Below are positions 28,651-42,898 of a stretch of 64,000 nt of DNA, in pieces; the stretch's first letter is position 1; each line of letters begins with the position of its first letter. The position numbers were made by a program, and so were the translations under genes. Under the pieces are notes generated by a model. The model saw nothing but the letters and a program-made list of their open reading frames with translations. It searched no databases and had not been told where the DNA came from. The DNA comes from the human T2T-CHM13v2.0 reference genome, Homo sapiens: assembly GCF_009914755.1 (NCBI RefSeq), contig NC_060926.1; one strand, written 5' to 3'.

Positions 28651-28684
<34 letters not shown>
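28372..28684 (+). mobile_element. AluJ with long poly(A)
   Basis: Alu dimer. Confidence 0.9.
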
Positions 28685-28687
<3 letters not shown>

Positions 28688-30149
28688 GACACAGGACGCG
28701 GGACAATAGGAGTAAAGTGAGCATAGCAGAGCTACAGGCACATGTCAGGACTAACCTTGCAGGAAAGAACAAGGATTGAAGCTGGAAACTGTTTCCAAAT
28801 CAAAAACCAATCCAAAGACAAGAGAAGTCAAGGCCAAAGACCATACTGGTTGCCAGTTCAGCATACTCTATTGAGGCTGTAAGTTTTGCTCACAGGAAAA
28901 GTGGTCATATCTCCAAGGCCAATTCATTGACTATCTGTTGTGTATCTATACAGACAATGCTACTAACAAAACATACACAGATACGTAATTGCTATATTAA
29001 ATAATTCCATTCCATAAGTATAGACTGAACACACCGTGGGTAGGTTCATGACGCTAGGCACTGCATAAGATGCACTAAAGTGCTGTCAAGAAAAGCACAA
29101 TGGACATACAGTAAGTGTAGACAGATTTTTTTTAAAAACACAGAAAAGTTATTTCACTCAATAAACATGAATTGATTGTTGGATTCATGCAAGACACAAT
29201 TTGGCCCTGGGGAGAGATATAAAGATGAATCAGATGTCTGCCCTCCAAGAGCTTATAATTCAACAGCTGAAATCAACAGAATGCAGAAATCGATAGAATG
29301 CAGAAATCAATTGAACTCCCCCACCCCCAACACACAAACACAAAACAAAGTGCTAAGGGTTTCAAAGTAAGTTAATTCTGTGGTTACTTTTTTGGAATCA
29401 ATTTATGGTAAGCATTCTGAAACATTACTGCAATTAACCAATGAGTGTTAAGGAGTGGAAACTTATCTAACCAGCTGCCTCAGCAACAGCTTCCTAGCTG
29501 CATAACCCAAAAAATATTCACATTAAGACAAACTAAGTACTTGAAATTAAACAGTAATATATGCAGATCTCTACCCGTCTACAAAATAAATTATTCATGA
29601 TAAGCACAAACTGCAGTGGGAAGGAGGCTACAGAGGAAAAAAATACAAACTTTGGGCTGAAAAATGAGTCGTTTCTCCAGCAAAGAAACACTCAGAAAAA
29701 ATGTAAGATAACTCACATGGGCTGGACTACATAATCTTTAATAAAGGTTCTTTTCGATCTGGCTGCTTCCTCTGGGTCTAAAACAGTAACTGGCACGTGT
29801 TAAGCACTCAATAAATATCTGTTAAATAAACATGGATCCAAAAAATAATAATAATAAAAAATAAAATAAAATAAACATGGATCCATGGTTCCTACTCTTC
29901 ATCACAGACCCGGGAGGCCTTCACTACCAAACAACTGATAATCCCAAGATCCAGTCCATAAATTATCAACCTCTATAACCCTTCTGTAGCGGAGATCCCA
30001 ATCCCAGTCAGCAGCTCTTTACTCTGCACTTCCGTGGCATTTTGCTCACATCGCTAACTATAGCGCATAAAACGCTAGGTTATGAAAAACGTTTACGGGA
30101 CTGTCTCCCCTCTAGACGAGAAGCTCCACGAAAACATATTCATCTCTGT

Positions 30150-31000
30150 ATCCTTAGCACCTAGCACAGCACCTGTGACACCGAGACGGACGAACGGACA
30201 CGCACACCCTTATTAAATGCTCTTTTATTGAAACACACAAGACCTGGCGCGATCCAGCCCCCAGTATGGGTAAAGGCTCAGATTCTGCGCTCTGCACCAG
30301 CCTGGCAGATGCTGCAGACTGTAAGGTCCTGGAAAATTCTCCCACCGCAGTTGAGCGTCGGCCCAGACTAGCCCTAGCCAGACCGCGAGAAGGGACCACT
30401 GAGGGTCCAGATAGGAGAAAGGACCCTCGAGTCCAGCGCTGTGCCTTCCCCTCCTAATACAGAGAGCGACACTATCAATCCCCTCTCCTCCCAATACAGA
30501 GAGCGAAACTAAGAACCAAAGTGGGATCGTACGCTCCCCAGAGCACGAAGTTCCAGCCCCCAACAACCGAATTCTGAGCCCAGGAAGAATCTCAGGGACC
30601 ACCACCCCACCCCGCCCTAGACCCCCGCTAGCCCAAGGTGCCGTTGCCAAGGCGACCGCACAAGCCAACCGGCCCTAGTCCCCCACCCACCCGTCTCCAC
30701 TCCCCTACGTGGCTCCTGCTACGTGGCTCTACCCACGAAGCGCCCGCGCCAAGCTGGCTGCTGCTGTAGATGGGCCTGGTTCACCTGTACTTCAGTCTCC
30801 GGTGGCCACTCGGTGTTGACCAACAAGTCATAGAGAATCGTCTCCTCCTCACCCTCTGCAGTGCCTGGACTCAAAGCCGGCCCTGACTCGGGGGCCGCCA
30901 TGTTCGCCGAGGACTCAGGCAGCGGAGGAGTGTCTCTACGGAATCCCTCACAGGACAAGCTTCTCTATCCGCGGCCGCTTTTGTTTCACGGCAAGGAAAT
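30150..31000 (-). promoter_or_regulatory. NBAS: NBAS CpG-island promoter / exon 1 region
   Basis: High CpG and GC content around exon 1; GC box CCCCGCCC near 30610; YY1-type AACATGGCGGC over the start codon. Confidence 0.85.
30785..30901 (-). CDS. NBAS: NBAS coding exon 1 (MAAPESGPALSPGTAEGEEETILYDLLVNTEWPPETEVQ), NRZ ER-tether subunit
   Basis: ATG at 30901-30899; 117 nt = 39 codons matching the recognised NBAS N-terminus; GT donor (plus-strand ac 30783-30784); lies in a CpG island. Confidence 0.98.
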
Positions 31001-31476
31001 GCTAGGTTAACCCTTTTATGAGTAGGAAGGACAGGGACTATTGCTTGTCTTGGGAACGACTTGTGTCCCGGTCCTGATACACTCCTTGTTCATTAATCTA
31101 CATGAGATCGGCCAAGTCATTGAGCCTCTCTTATAACTCAGTTTCCATAAAACAGAAATGGTAAAGGTACCCCACTGAAATGCTAATGTTCATTTGTATA
31201 TTCTTTGCCTAACACGTAGAGAGAGTTCAAACAGTGGTTTTAAAATAAACAACTAAAGTTATCCAATGAAAGGTAGCAGAGGAAGGATGCTACAGGAGCT
31301 CAGAAAAGGCAACGAAGGCCAGAGTCTGCAGGGATTTCCTGGAGGACGTGGAGCTTGTCCCTGCGTCTTTAACAATAGGCAGAATTTTAATCTACTGGAG
31401 AAGCATTTCAAGTAGCGGGAAATAGAATGAGCAGAGACAGAGGCAGAAATACAGAGTTGAAAGAACTCTTTCAACG

Positions 31477-32000
31477 TGTCGCCAGTGAGTGACGACTTTC
31501 TGAGTGTGGGAGTAAAAGAATTTACCAAGACAGTGGTAGATAAAGAAAGACAGATTAAAGAAAGTATGAAAGTTCGTTGCCAGGGAGCAGCGGGCCGACT
31601 CAGCAGAGGAGGAGCTCATTGCTAGGAAACAAAGGCTTGTTGAGAATTTTATAGACTGGAACTTGGAGTGATTGATAACACCAGGTAGCAGGGAGTTAAC
31701 TTGCTTTTTTTTTTTCTTTCTTTCTTTTTTTTTTTTTTTTTGTCAGCTGAAGTGTTTCAGAAATTGAGGCATTTGAAGGTAAGCAGGAAGTTTGTGAGTT
31801 AAGTACGTTATCTGGGTAGAAGGGCCATATGTCCTGGGCCATAAAGAAAAGTAGACCTATGGCTTATTTGTTTCTTCCTTTTGTTTATATGTTTTGGACC
31901 ATGAAGAAAGACAGACGTATAGCTAATTTGCCTTATCTCTTTGTTTTTCCCTGCTCCCACTAGCCTGCCTTTTTTTTTTTTTCCTAATTAGTACTCAACA
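31477..32000 (-). mobile_element. ERV1-type solo LTR upstream of NBAS (family uncertain)
   Basis: TG...CA termini, GTAAAAGAATTTACCAAGACAG LTR-like motif, minus-strand TATA CTATAAAA at 31647-31654. Confidence 0.6.
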
Positions 32001-32299
32001 AGACGGGTGAATAGAACCCAAGTTGAGAAAGGGTGTAGGGGCAATAAAGTTGAAATAATAGGTTGAGAACCCGCATGGAGGGAGCGAAAAGGTCAACCCC
32101 ATTTGTTCATTCATTCATTCATTCAACAAATACCTCTTTGTGGACAGTTATAAGCAGAGCCTACTGTAACATGAATGAATATATACTGTACAAAGTATTA
32201 CACTGTTTCACATCAAAAGAAACACAAATACTGAATATCCCTTGAGATAATTATATTCATGATATCCATCAAGATGCATTAGGCGGTGATGCAATTAAA

Positions 32300-32865
32300 A
32301 GCCTCTGCTGGGAAGCCTCTAACCAGCTCCCATTTCTCTCAAAGTTTAATGACCTCAAAGCCCTACGTCATCTGCCTGCTCCCCTAAATCTCACACCTCA
32401 TTTCCTGCTCCCCCTACTACCTTCAGCCACACTGGCTCTATTTCTGAACACACCAGACACACATCAACTTCAGGAGTTCTGCAAAGCCTGTCCCCTCCAC
32501 TTGCAAGGCTTTCTACCAGATGTTTACCTGGTTCCTCCCTTATCTCCTTCAAGTTTTTGCTCAAATGTCGTCTCTCTCTGAAGCCTACCTTGACTGCTCA
32601 TTTTTAAATTTGCAATGACCATTCTCCAACTCCAGCTTTCCAGAGCTGCTCTATTATTTTTTCCATTACACTTGTCATCACTTAAATGGCTATACAGTAT
32701 ATTTGCTTATTATCTGTCTCCATTCACTAAAAGGTAAGCCATGCCAGGTGCTCTATCTATATGCATGCAAATGCTATATCCATCCCTGCTATATCCCCAG
32801 AATTTATAACAGTGCCTGGCATAGAGCAGAGGACAAAATATATATTATTTGTTGAATAAATGACA
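32300..32865 (+). mobile_element. L2 3' portion
   Basis: AACAGTGCCTGGCATAG...GTTGAATAAATGA. Confidence 0.75.
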
Positions 32866-33364
32866 GACTTCCCAGAAAATCTTTTACACATTGTCTCCCC
32901 ATAGTATTTCTCTGCATAGCAGCTGTGCCCTTCAATCAAACCCCTCATTGTGAACACCAGACGTGTCTTCTCCCTACCGCACAAGGCTGACAAACTGTAT
33001 ACCTCCGGGGAGCCCCGCCCACATTGCATGCGGTAGAACATGAAGAGGTAGGAACACCATGCACATGGAATGCGGTGTGAGGGCTGGTTACTGGAGTCCT
33101 CCAGTACCTCAGTACAACCCCACCTATTTCTCCACACCAAGTTTCCTTGGCTCTTTATTCCTCTGTCTCATCCTTTCTCAGATAGATATTGGGGTTGCTT
33201 TCTGTTTCATCACTCTCTTCACCACTTTCACTCAATCTGTACAACCACGGCCAGGAGATAGCTGGTCAAACTGGCAAAGGATGCTTCCTTCTTAGCTGGT
33301 GTGCAAAGGGGACCACTGCAAATACACCATGAAGAATTTATTTATTTTACCATCATCACACTAT

Positions 33365-33645
33365 TTTTGTTTGTTTGTTTTTGTTTTTGAAACAGGGTCT
33401 CACTCTTTCACTGAGGCCAGAGTGCAGTGGCACAAAGAGAGCTAACTGAAATCTCTACTTCCTGGGCTCAAGCAATCCTCCCACCTCAGCCTCCTGAGTT
33501 GCTGGGACCACAGGTGCATGCCACCATGCTGGGCTAACTTTATTATTTTTTGTAGAGATGGGGGGTCTTGGACTTCTGGGCTCAAGTGATCTGCCTCGGC
33601 CTCCCACAGTGCAGGGATTACAGGCACGCACCACCATGCCCAGCC
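33365..33645 (-). mobile_element. AluJ, partly deleted
   Basis: Reverse-complement Alu. Confidence 0.85.
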
Positions 33646-34131
33646 TCACACCATGTTAATTGTTTTATCCATCCTCATCCATACCCCACTTACCATAGCA
33701 TGTACAAAAGGACAGAAAACATAAACTCATGCCTGGCAGAGAGCTTCTACTCTGAAGAAACAACAACCGAAGTGTCACAGGATGAATCTATGCTATTTGG
33801 AGAGGGAGTATACATTTAACTTGAAGCAATCCCTGGAAGAAAAATTCTACTAGCAGAGATGCTCTGAGCAGGTAAGTGGGTTGTTAAACCTTCAGCACCA
33901 CTAGTTAAAATCCAGAAGAGTTCCTGGAAGGGGAGAAATGTGAGGTGACCAATAAAAGGGAAGAAGATGGTAAGAATATGTATGCCACAAGAAGAACTCC
34001 AAATGTTGAATATCAGACACGGGTTGGAAAAGAAAAGACAAAGATCTGATCAAGTTCAACTGAATCAAAGGAATAGGATGACTTAAAACAGATTGAGTGG
34101 CTGAAGCCAAATTGCTACTTGGTCTTATTTA

Positions 34132-34262
34132 CAGTGACTATATAGCAAAGTATCCAAACTGGGATATTTTTGAAAAGAAAAAGCCATGATTTTAATAGTT
34201 ATGCTAGGACAACAAGCATGAAACAGGGCTGTCATGGGCAAACTGAGATGATTGTCACACTA
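34132..34262. mobile_element. MER94-like hAT-Blackjack MITE
   Basis: GTGACTATAT..TCCAAACTGGGA..GCAAACTGAGA..GTCAC. Confidence 0.6.
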
Positions 34263-34368
34263 ATCCTAAACAGCAGAGTGGGTAATTTAATGAAGAGGTG
34301 GTGAGCGTTTCACAAGGATAGCAAGACTCTTCTGTTCGTCATTATTCTCTTCTTTCTTCCCTCGTGCT

Positions 34369-35143
<775 letters not shown>

Positions 35144-35673
35144 TAGAATCTGTATGTTGTGTATGGATCTCTGCAATGTTGCTTCTGAATTGACAGATTG
35201 GTGTTATTAGTTAATAATTGAGAGTGTTCATAGCTTACTGAGCTTTTCCATCCTCACAGCCACTGCTAAAATTGACAGACTCAGAAGACAGAGTCTATCT
35301 CTATTTCACAGATAAGAATATTAAAGCTTAGAGAAATCCAAGATTACAACAGAGCTAAAATTCAGACAAGGTCCTCAGGTCTTGATCCTGTGCTTTTTCT
35401 TTAAACTACCACATGTTACCGAGAACGTCATGGAAAAGATTATTTAAAAACATAGATGGAGCACTCAGATGGTTCAAAGTGAAAATAAACAGTTAAGGAT
35501 GACCAGGAGTACCAACACGTGGAACTGGGGTATTATCAACCTGTCAAAGGAAAATTAAATACATTATATATAAGAGTTTGGTTGACAAATACTATTGTGA
35601 TCATCTAATCAACTCCTTAATTTAGCTGAAAGTCCATCTCTGGTTCAAAAATATTTGAAATCATGAATAAGTC

Positions 35674-35818
35674 TTTTTTTTTTTCTTTTAAATGTTTGGA
35701 GAGACAGAGTCTTGCTATGTTGCCCAGACTGTTCTTGAACTCCTGGCCTCAAGTGAGCCTTGCACCTCTCAGCCTCCCAAAGTGCTGACATTGCAGGTGT
35801 GAGCCACTGCACCCAGCC
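35674..35818 (-). mobile_element. FLAM/Alu left monomer
   Basis: TSD ATGAATAA(G/A)TC. Confidence 0.85.
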
Positions 35819-36366
35819 TCTTTTCTCTCTCTCTCTTAGTTTCTTTTTTATGAATAAATCATTCTGAAAAGAAAAATTATGTTTTCCAAATAACCAACAC
35901 AAATGGTAACTGTAAACTGCTTAAGGAAATAAGATAAATAAAATCTGAGACAGTTTCAAAGTAGGCATCATCATCATTATCATCATCACTATGTTTTGTG
36001 TACCTACCCTGCTTCAAGCACTATACCAGGTATCTACAAGTAGATATAGATGTACTTTAGTAAACTGAGGCTCTAAATCACTGTGACCCAACCAAGGTCA
36101 CATGCTGGTAATGGTAAAGCCACAAATGAAATAGTTTTTGTCTAACAGAGAAGGTACTATGATTTACCCACTTCAAAGAGTAGTGATCTGATGATGATAT
36201 AAGCCTTTGATGAAAAGGAAATAAATTTAGAAAAATTTTCCTATTTCTTCCTAGCCTTATAGCATATTAAGTGTACTTCAACTGAACTGAATATAATCCT
36301 CATTCACTTTGCTGATGACCACAGACATTCTTTCTTAGAATTAGACAAAAACTTAACATCATCTCA

Positions 36367-36715
<349 letters not shown>

Positions 36716-37367
36716 TCATCAATGTATAGCTGTCATTAGCTCATAGATTCATTAGTAGGAGCTCAGCCTTTTAGCTCCTATCAGTTAAAAAGTCCATTAA
36801 GCTAAAAGCCATTAATGATTCAGCATTTAACCCTTTTATGCTTTTCAATATTAGAGACAAAAGAGATTAGATCATCATATGAAGTTGCTTCTGTTTTAAA
36901 GTTGAAATTGCATAGTAAAATTGAATTTGGGCATTTAAACACTACCTGTTATAGGTGTCATACATTTGTATTTGATTGGATGGTGCACTAGCTCTTTATG
37001 AAGAATATAAATTTTAATCATAATATAAAATAACACTGAGAGCAATTCAAGAAATTTTATTTCCTCTAGAAAGCCTGCAGAATCCCAATCAATCCTTCCA
37101 TAAATATTCTAAGACTTTTATAATATATCTTGGCAGCCAAAATAGATATAAAGCTCATGCATGGTTTTAGCAAAGAAACAATGTCCAGCCCCTTACTGAA
37201 ATCTCATTTACACTAATTAGCAATGCAATTCAAACAGACCATTTCCTCCCCCCAATTTTCTCACTCACAAATTATACAGAACATCAAACTGGGAAATAGG
37301 CCCTACCAGAGGCACATACAGTAACAAATGCATAAATCAGCAGCAAGTAAGTGCAAGAAGGGGACTA

Positions 37368-37691
<324 letters not shown>

Positions 37692-38259
37692 TACTTTGGT
37701 AAATTGATCAATTATTGACTTAAAAGTGAAAATAGCTTTTTAGTTTTATTTGGTTTAAAAGCAAAGGTAAACTATCTGTAATATAATTTGAAGTGCCTCA
37801 GAAGTGCATCAGAAAATAAGATGGGTTAATGGATAGGTGGAAGATAAATAAATACATGGAAAGATGTGATAAAGCAAGTATAGTAAAATACTAATGATAT
37901 CTCATTGGTGGGTACATGGGTGTTCATGGTAAAATTCTTTCAACTATACTATATGTGAAAACTTTCATAATAACATATTGGGGGAAAAAGGTAAATTTAC
38001 AATTTTAAAAAGCACAAACAAGGGATAGAAAGAATTACAACATATATCTTCCAAAACATAAAATAGAATAAAGGACATTAAGAAAACTGTCAATTTGAGG
38101 CAGGGAAAGACAGAACAAATAACAAGTATAAACCAGGATAAAGAGAAATTTCTCCCAATGGAATAAGGTGATGCAATAATCATTAAGCTAATACAACACA
38201 CACGTATGCATCCATGCGTACACCTCCCATACACACACTTCTCTCTTCCAACCTCCCCC

Positions 38260-38556
38260 TTTTTTTTTTTTTTTGAGACAGAGTCTCGCTCTGTTGCCCA
38301 GGCTGGGATGCAGTGGCAGGATCTCTGCTCACTGCAAGCTCCGCCCCCCAGGTTAACGCCATTCTCCTGCCTCAGCCTCCCGAGTAGCTGGGACTAGAGG
38401 CACCCGCCACCACACCCGGCTAATTTTTTTGTATTTTTAGTAGAGACAGGGTTTCACTGTGTTCGCCAGGATGGTCTCGATCTCCTGACCTCGTGATCCG
38501 CCTGCCTTGGCCTCCCAAAGTGCTCGGATTACAGGCGTGAGCCACCGCACCTGGCC
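38260..38556 (-). mobile_element. AluY-like
   Basis: Reverse-complement dimer. Confidence 0.92.
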
Positions 38557-38658
38557 CCACCCTCCCCTTTTCTTATAAAGAGTAATTTCAGAAGTTTAGA
38601 ATATGAATTTCCCCCACTCCCTTTATTTGTTTTAATCACTTATGGAAAGTTCTGCCCT

Positions 38659-38890
38659 AACCTGGGCAACATAGCCAGACTCTGTCTCTTAAAAAATTGT
38701 TTTAACTAGCCAGAAATTTGCCAGACGTCGTGGCTCACGCCTGTAGTCCCAGCTACTCGGGAGGCTGAGATGAGAGGATCGCTTGGGCCCAGGAGGTTGA
38801 GACTGCTGTGAGCTATGACGGTGTCACTACACTCCAGCCTGGCTGACAGAGAAAGGCCACAGCTCTAAAAAAAAGAAAAGAAAAAAGAAA
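38659..38890 (+). mobile_element. 5'-truncated AluJ
   Basis: Partial left arm plus right arm. Confidence 0.85.
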
Positions 38891-39322
38891 ATTCTCAGTT
38901 CTTACCTATTCACATGTCACCTGTACACCATTCACTTTAGACAGATGATGGGGCATTGTATCCTCTGTACGTCTCAGCCCCCCTCACACTTTATACCTCA
39001 TTGTCTTTCTGTTTTGTATCCAGTGTAATTTCTTCTAATCTCGATTCCAATGCCCACGTTCACTTTTAAGCTTTCTCTGCTTAATCTTTCCATCAAGTTT
39101 TTAAATATTAATTATTATATTTTTATTTCTAGAAGATATTTCTTTAAAACTCAAGGCTGCTGATCATTTCGTTACTTTCTTTTTCTGTTAAAGTCCTACT
39201 TTTAGAAACACATCAAACATAATTTATATTCTCTACCTGGTATTTCTAATACCTGAAGCCCTCGAGTATCTATTTTTTTTCTGCTGACTCTTGCCATGGT
39301 GGCTTCTTTCTTTATGGGGTGG

Positions 39323-39324
<2 letters not shown>

Positions 39325-39366
<42 letters not shown>
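39325..39366. repeat. (GT)n microsatellite within an old antisense L1 relic
   Basis: Direct reading. Confidence 0.95.
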
Positions 39367-39367
<1 letters not shown>

Positions 39368-41499
39368 TTATTGTTTGCTCAGATGCTCTGGAATTCTAGT
39401 TCTGAGGATTCTTTGAGGCCTCAGATGGAGGGTGCCTTCCCCCTGAAAAGACTTGCCTTCATGTCTGCAAAGCACTCAGTAGACTTGGGTCCACTTTAAA
39501 TTAAAGTTTGTTTCACATGATACAAATAGTGTAAATTCAGGCTCCAAACTTACAAGAGTGTCAGGCTGTGGCAACAAATTCTTAAAGGAGACTTTTATAT
39601 GCACTCAGATTCCAGGCTGAACAGACAAATTTATTTACTCTCTGCCTCTTTTTTATGGGATTAAAAAAAAACTGTAGCTCTTCATGGGTGCTAACTTTAT
39701 TTAGAGTGACTAGAGATCCACTCCCATTACACCAATCCAAGCCTCCCCTTCCCACTTCCACTATTTTCAGCCCTGCAATCAAAGCTCTGGACATCCGGAT
39801 CCATAAATATCCCTAAAGCGTCAGTTCCCCCGTCTTCCATGGATTCCCACACCTGTTGCTAGGACTCAGATATCTTTTACTTTCTTACAAACTCATTCAT
39901 TCATTTTAAAAGTTGTTTTTGTTTCTATATTAGCTAGCACTCTTGTTGTTTGTGGGAGTCTTTTAGGATGTCTTCTCTGACAAATTGACTAAATGAAACC
40001 CTCTGAACCTAGCAGAGCGAAACAAAAAGGGGGAAGGCATTCCCCCCTGCTTTGTTACAAACAGCCATGCAGCTCATAGACAGCACAGACCCCGGGCAGC
40101 AGATCAGCAATGGCTCCAAAGGGAAATGATCGGCAGAGTAATGGACCTTTGTGCCAACATGTATCAGATATCTATGGGACTCCCCAGAAATATTTGGTAG
40201 AGGATTTTACAAATGACTGAGTGTCTTCTGTCATCAACTAGGAACAAGACTAGTGAAATTATGATATTTGCTATTACGATCATTACCATTCATGTCCACA
40301 GGCGGCAAGGCTAGGGAGTCTCAAATAACACCAATAATACAAAAATTCAAAAGGCAACTACAAAACCAAAACACTGTAATTCTTTGTGGACAGGGCCAAT
40401 GACTTTTTAATCTCTGTAAACCCAGCCTGAAAGCAGGCCCTGAGAAAATATTTATTGACTACATGAATTATACATGGTTATGTTGATGCTATTATAGATT
40501 AACCTTTTTTGCTTAAAAGGGAGATTGTAACTTTTAAAAATCACCTATTTTTTCCAGCAAAATAATGTAAGCTCGAAAAAAATTTCTCTCAATGAATGGA
40601 CCATTCATGAGCCATAATTTTTTTTCTACCATTGTAGTGGATTTTGGTTAAGTTCTTCAGTTTATCTTTGAGTTTCCTCTAATTGAAAACTACAATGGAA
40701 ATATTAAGCAAAAGTGCAAAAATTCAATGAAACTGACAAGTAATTAATATGTATTTTGATAGGGCAAAGTACCAACTCAAAATGTAGAAGTTATTAAAGC
40801 ATCACTGTCAGACACCTTCAGCTATGTGGAAAAACTGAATTAAACACCAAGGATTAAAAACCGTTTGAGGAAGAATTATTAAATGTCTCTCAATGTTAAT
40901 AGTTTTAGCTCTTCCATGGAATTTCATGCAAACTGTTTCCTATTGAAGTCCTTATCATTTTAGGCTTCTCTTTAGTTAAAAAATGTATACCTAATGTTAA
41001 ACTTTTAAAGTTTTTAAGTTTAAATTGTTATATTCTGATACAGATATGAGATAAATGATTTTTAAAAGAAACTTTGGAACCTAATTAAGTCCTGAAAGGA
41101 TGAACTAAAAGAAAGATTGAAAGCATTTAAAAGAAAGATTGTAGGCAAAAATCTTTACCAAACTGAAGTCACCAAGTAAGAAAATAGCATGTTAAAGTCG
41201 AATGTATCCCTATGCTAAAAATTGCTCTAGAATTTACGTTGAACCTAACAGATGAAACAATAGTTTTGCAGTCAGGGCACATTTATAGAATGTCATTTCT
41301 TCCACTTCTCACAGATCTTGACTTCTACAATCTTCCAGCTCCTTCTCCTACCTCTGGGATAGACTCTAATGTTAGAGAGAACTTGTTTTGAATAATAGTT
41401 CTGTTACTGACTAGTTCTATAGCCTTGCAGGAATTATTTAATCTATTCATATCTTGGTTTCCTAATGGGAAACCATTAGGAATGGTTTGGGGGACATAA

Positions 41500-42184
41500 A
41501 CTAAAGCGTGGTTCTCAACAAAAATCTAGCCAGGCTCCTCTGAGCCCTCTTATCTGCCAGGCCTCAACCTTGGCCTATGAAAACAACAAACTCTTAGTGT
41601 AAACAATTTCGTCCACTCTCTTCCTCTCCCCATTTAAAGACTTAAGCAAACACTAACAGTTACCAACAGCTCAGAGCCACAACCACCGTAAGTGACCCTA
41701 GCTATCCTTAAAGGGCCTGAGAAAGCACAAGGCTTCTAAAAGAATTTACTGTTTGTTCCAGCCAACACCTGACCATAGGCCCCTGACCACCCTTTCTTAG
41801 AGCATTTACTAAATTTTACTCAATGCACTATTTACAATTGTGAATCCTTCCTCTGTCCCTTTGAGATGTACACCTTTCTCCAACAACTCAGCAGTGAAAG
41901 CCATTCCTTTGAAATGTAATCATAAGGAATGACAGTACCTGTCTCTAGTCTCTGGGAGAATACAACCCTAACTTTAATTAATTGATTAATTGCAGCTGAC
42001 TTAATGGGCATTTACACTGACCAATCTTCCTAATTTTTCACTTCTCTGACTCTGCTCAAGCTCTAGCAGTCCCCCCACCACCTCCCAAGTTGAGTTTAGT
42101 TCATGCTGGACATTCTTCCCTATTGCAATAGTATATTACTGATTAAAATCTGTCCTTACCACTTTAACATTCATCTCTTTAACA
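41500..42184 (+). mobile_element. ERV1 LTR, MER67/MER31 group
   Basis: AGGCTCCTCTGAGCCCTCTT and CCCTATTGCAATAG..AAAATCTGTCCTTACCACTTTAAC motifs. Confidence 0.75.
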
Positions 42185-42279
42185 GATCAAGAAGTAGGAA
42201 ATAAAATGACATCTAAGAATAAAGCCATGAAATCCAAATGACCATGTTGGTGAACCTTAAAACAATAATATTCTAAAAT

Positions 42280-42858
<579 letters not shown>

Positions 42859-42898
42859 TAGCTCATATTCTGTTTACTTTAGCATGTATTAAGCAAGA

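Noticed and set aside
30719-30958. 79-aa ORF as a standalone gene or N-terminal extension
   Set aside because: It is NBAS exon 1 plus intron read-through; the upstream start is non-ATG
30894-31010. Plus-strand GCCGCCATG Kozak with a 36-codon ORF antisense to the NBAS start
   Set aside because: By-product of the ATGGCGGC/YY1 motif; no independent coding evidence
35525-35670. GVLSTC and ESPSLVQKYLKS as SMC6-like blocks
   Set aside because: Better collinear matches exist at 36284 and 36756; illustrates the false-positive risk of by-eye matching
36185-36230. SDDDISL**KGN resembling SMC6 SADISITLRNRG
   Set aside because: Out of order relative to the IDG block at 35449; treated as chance and not counted
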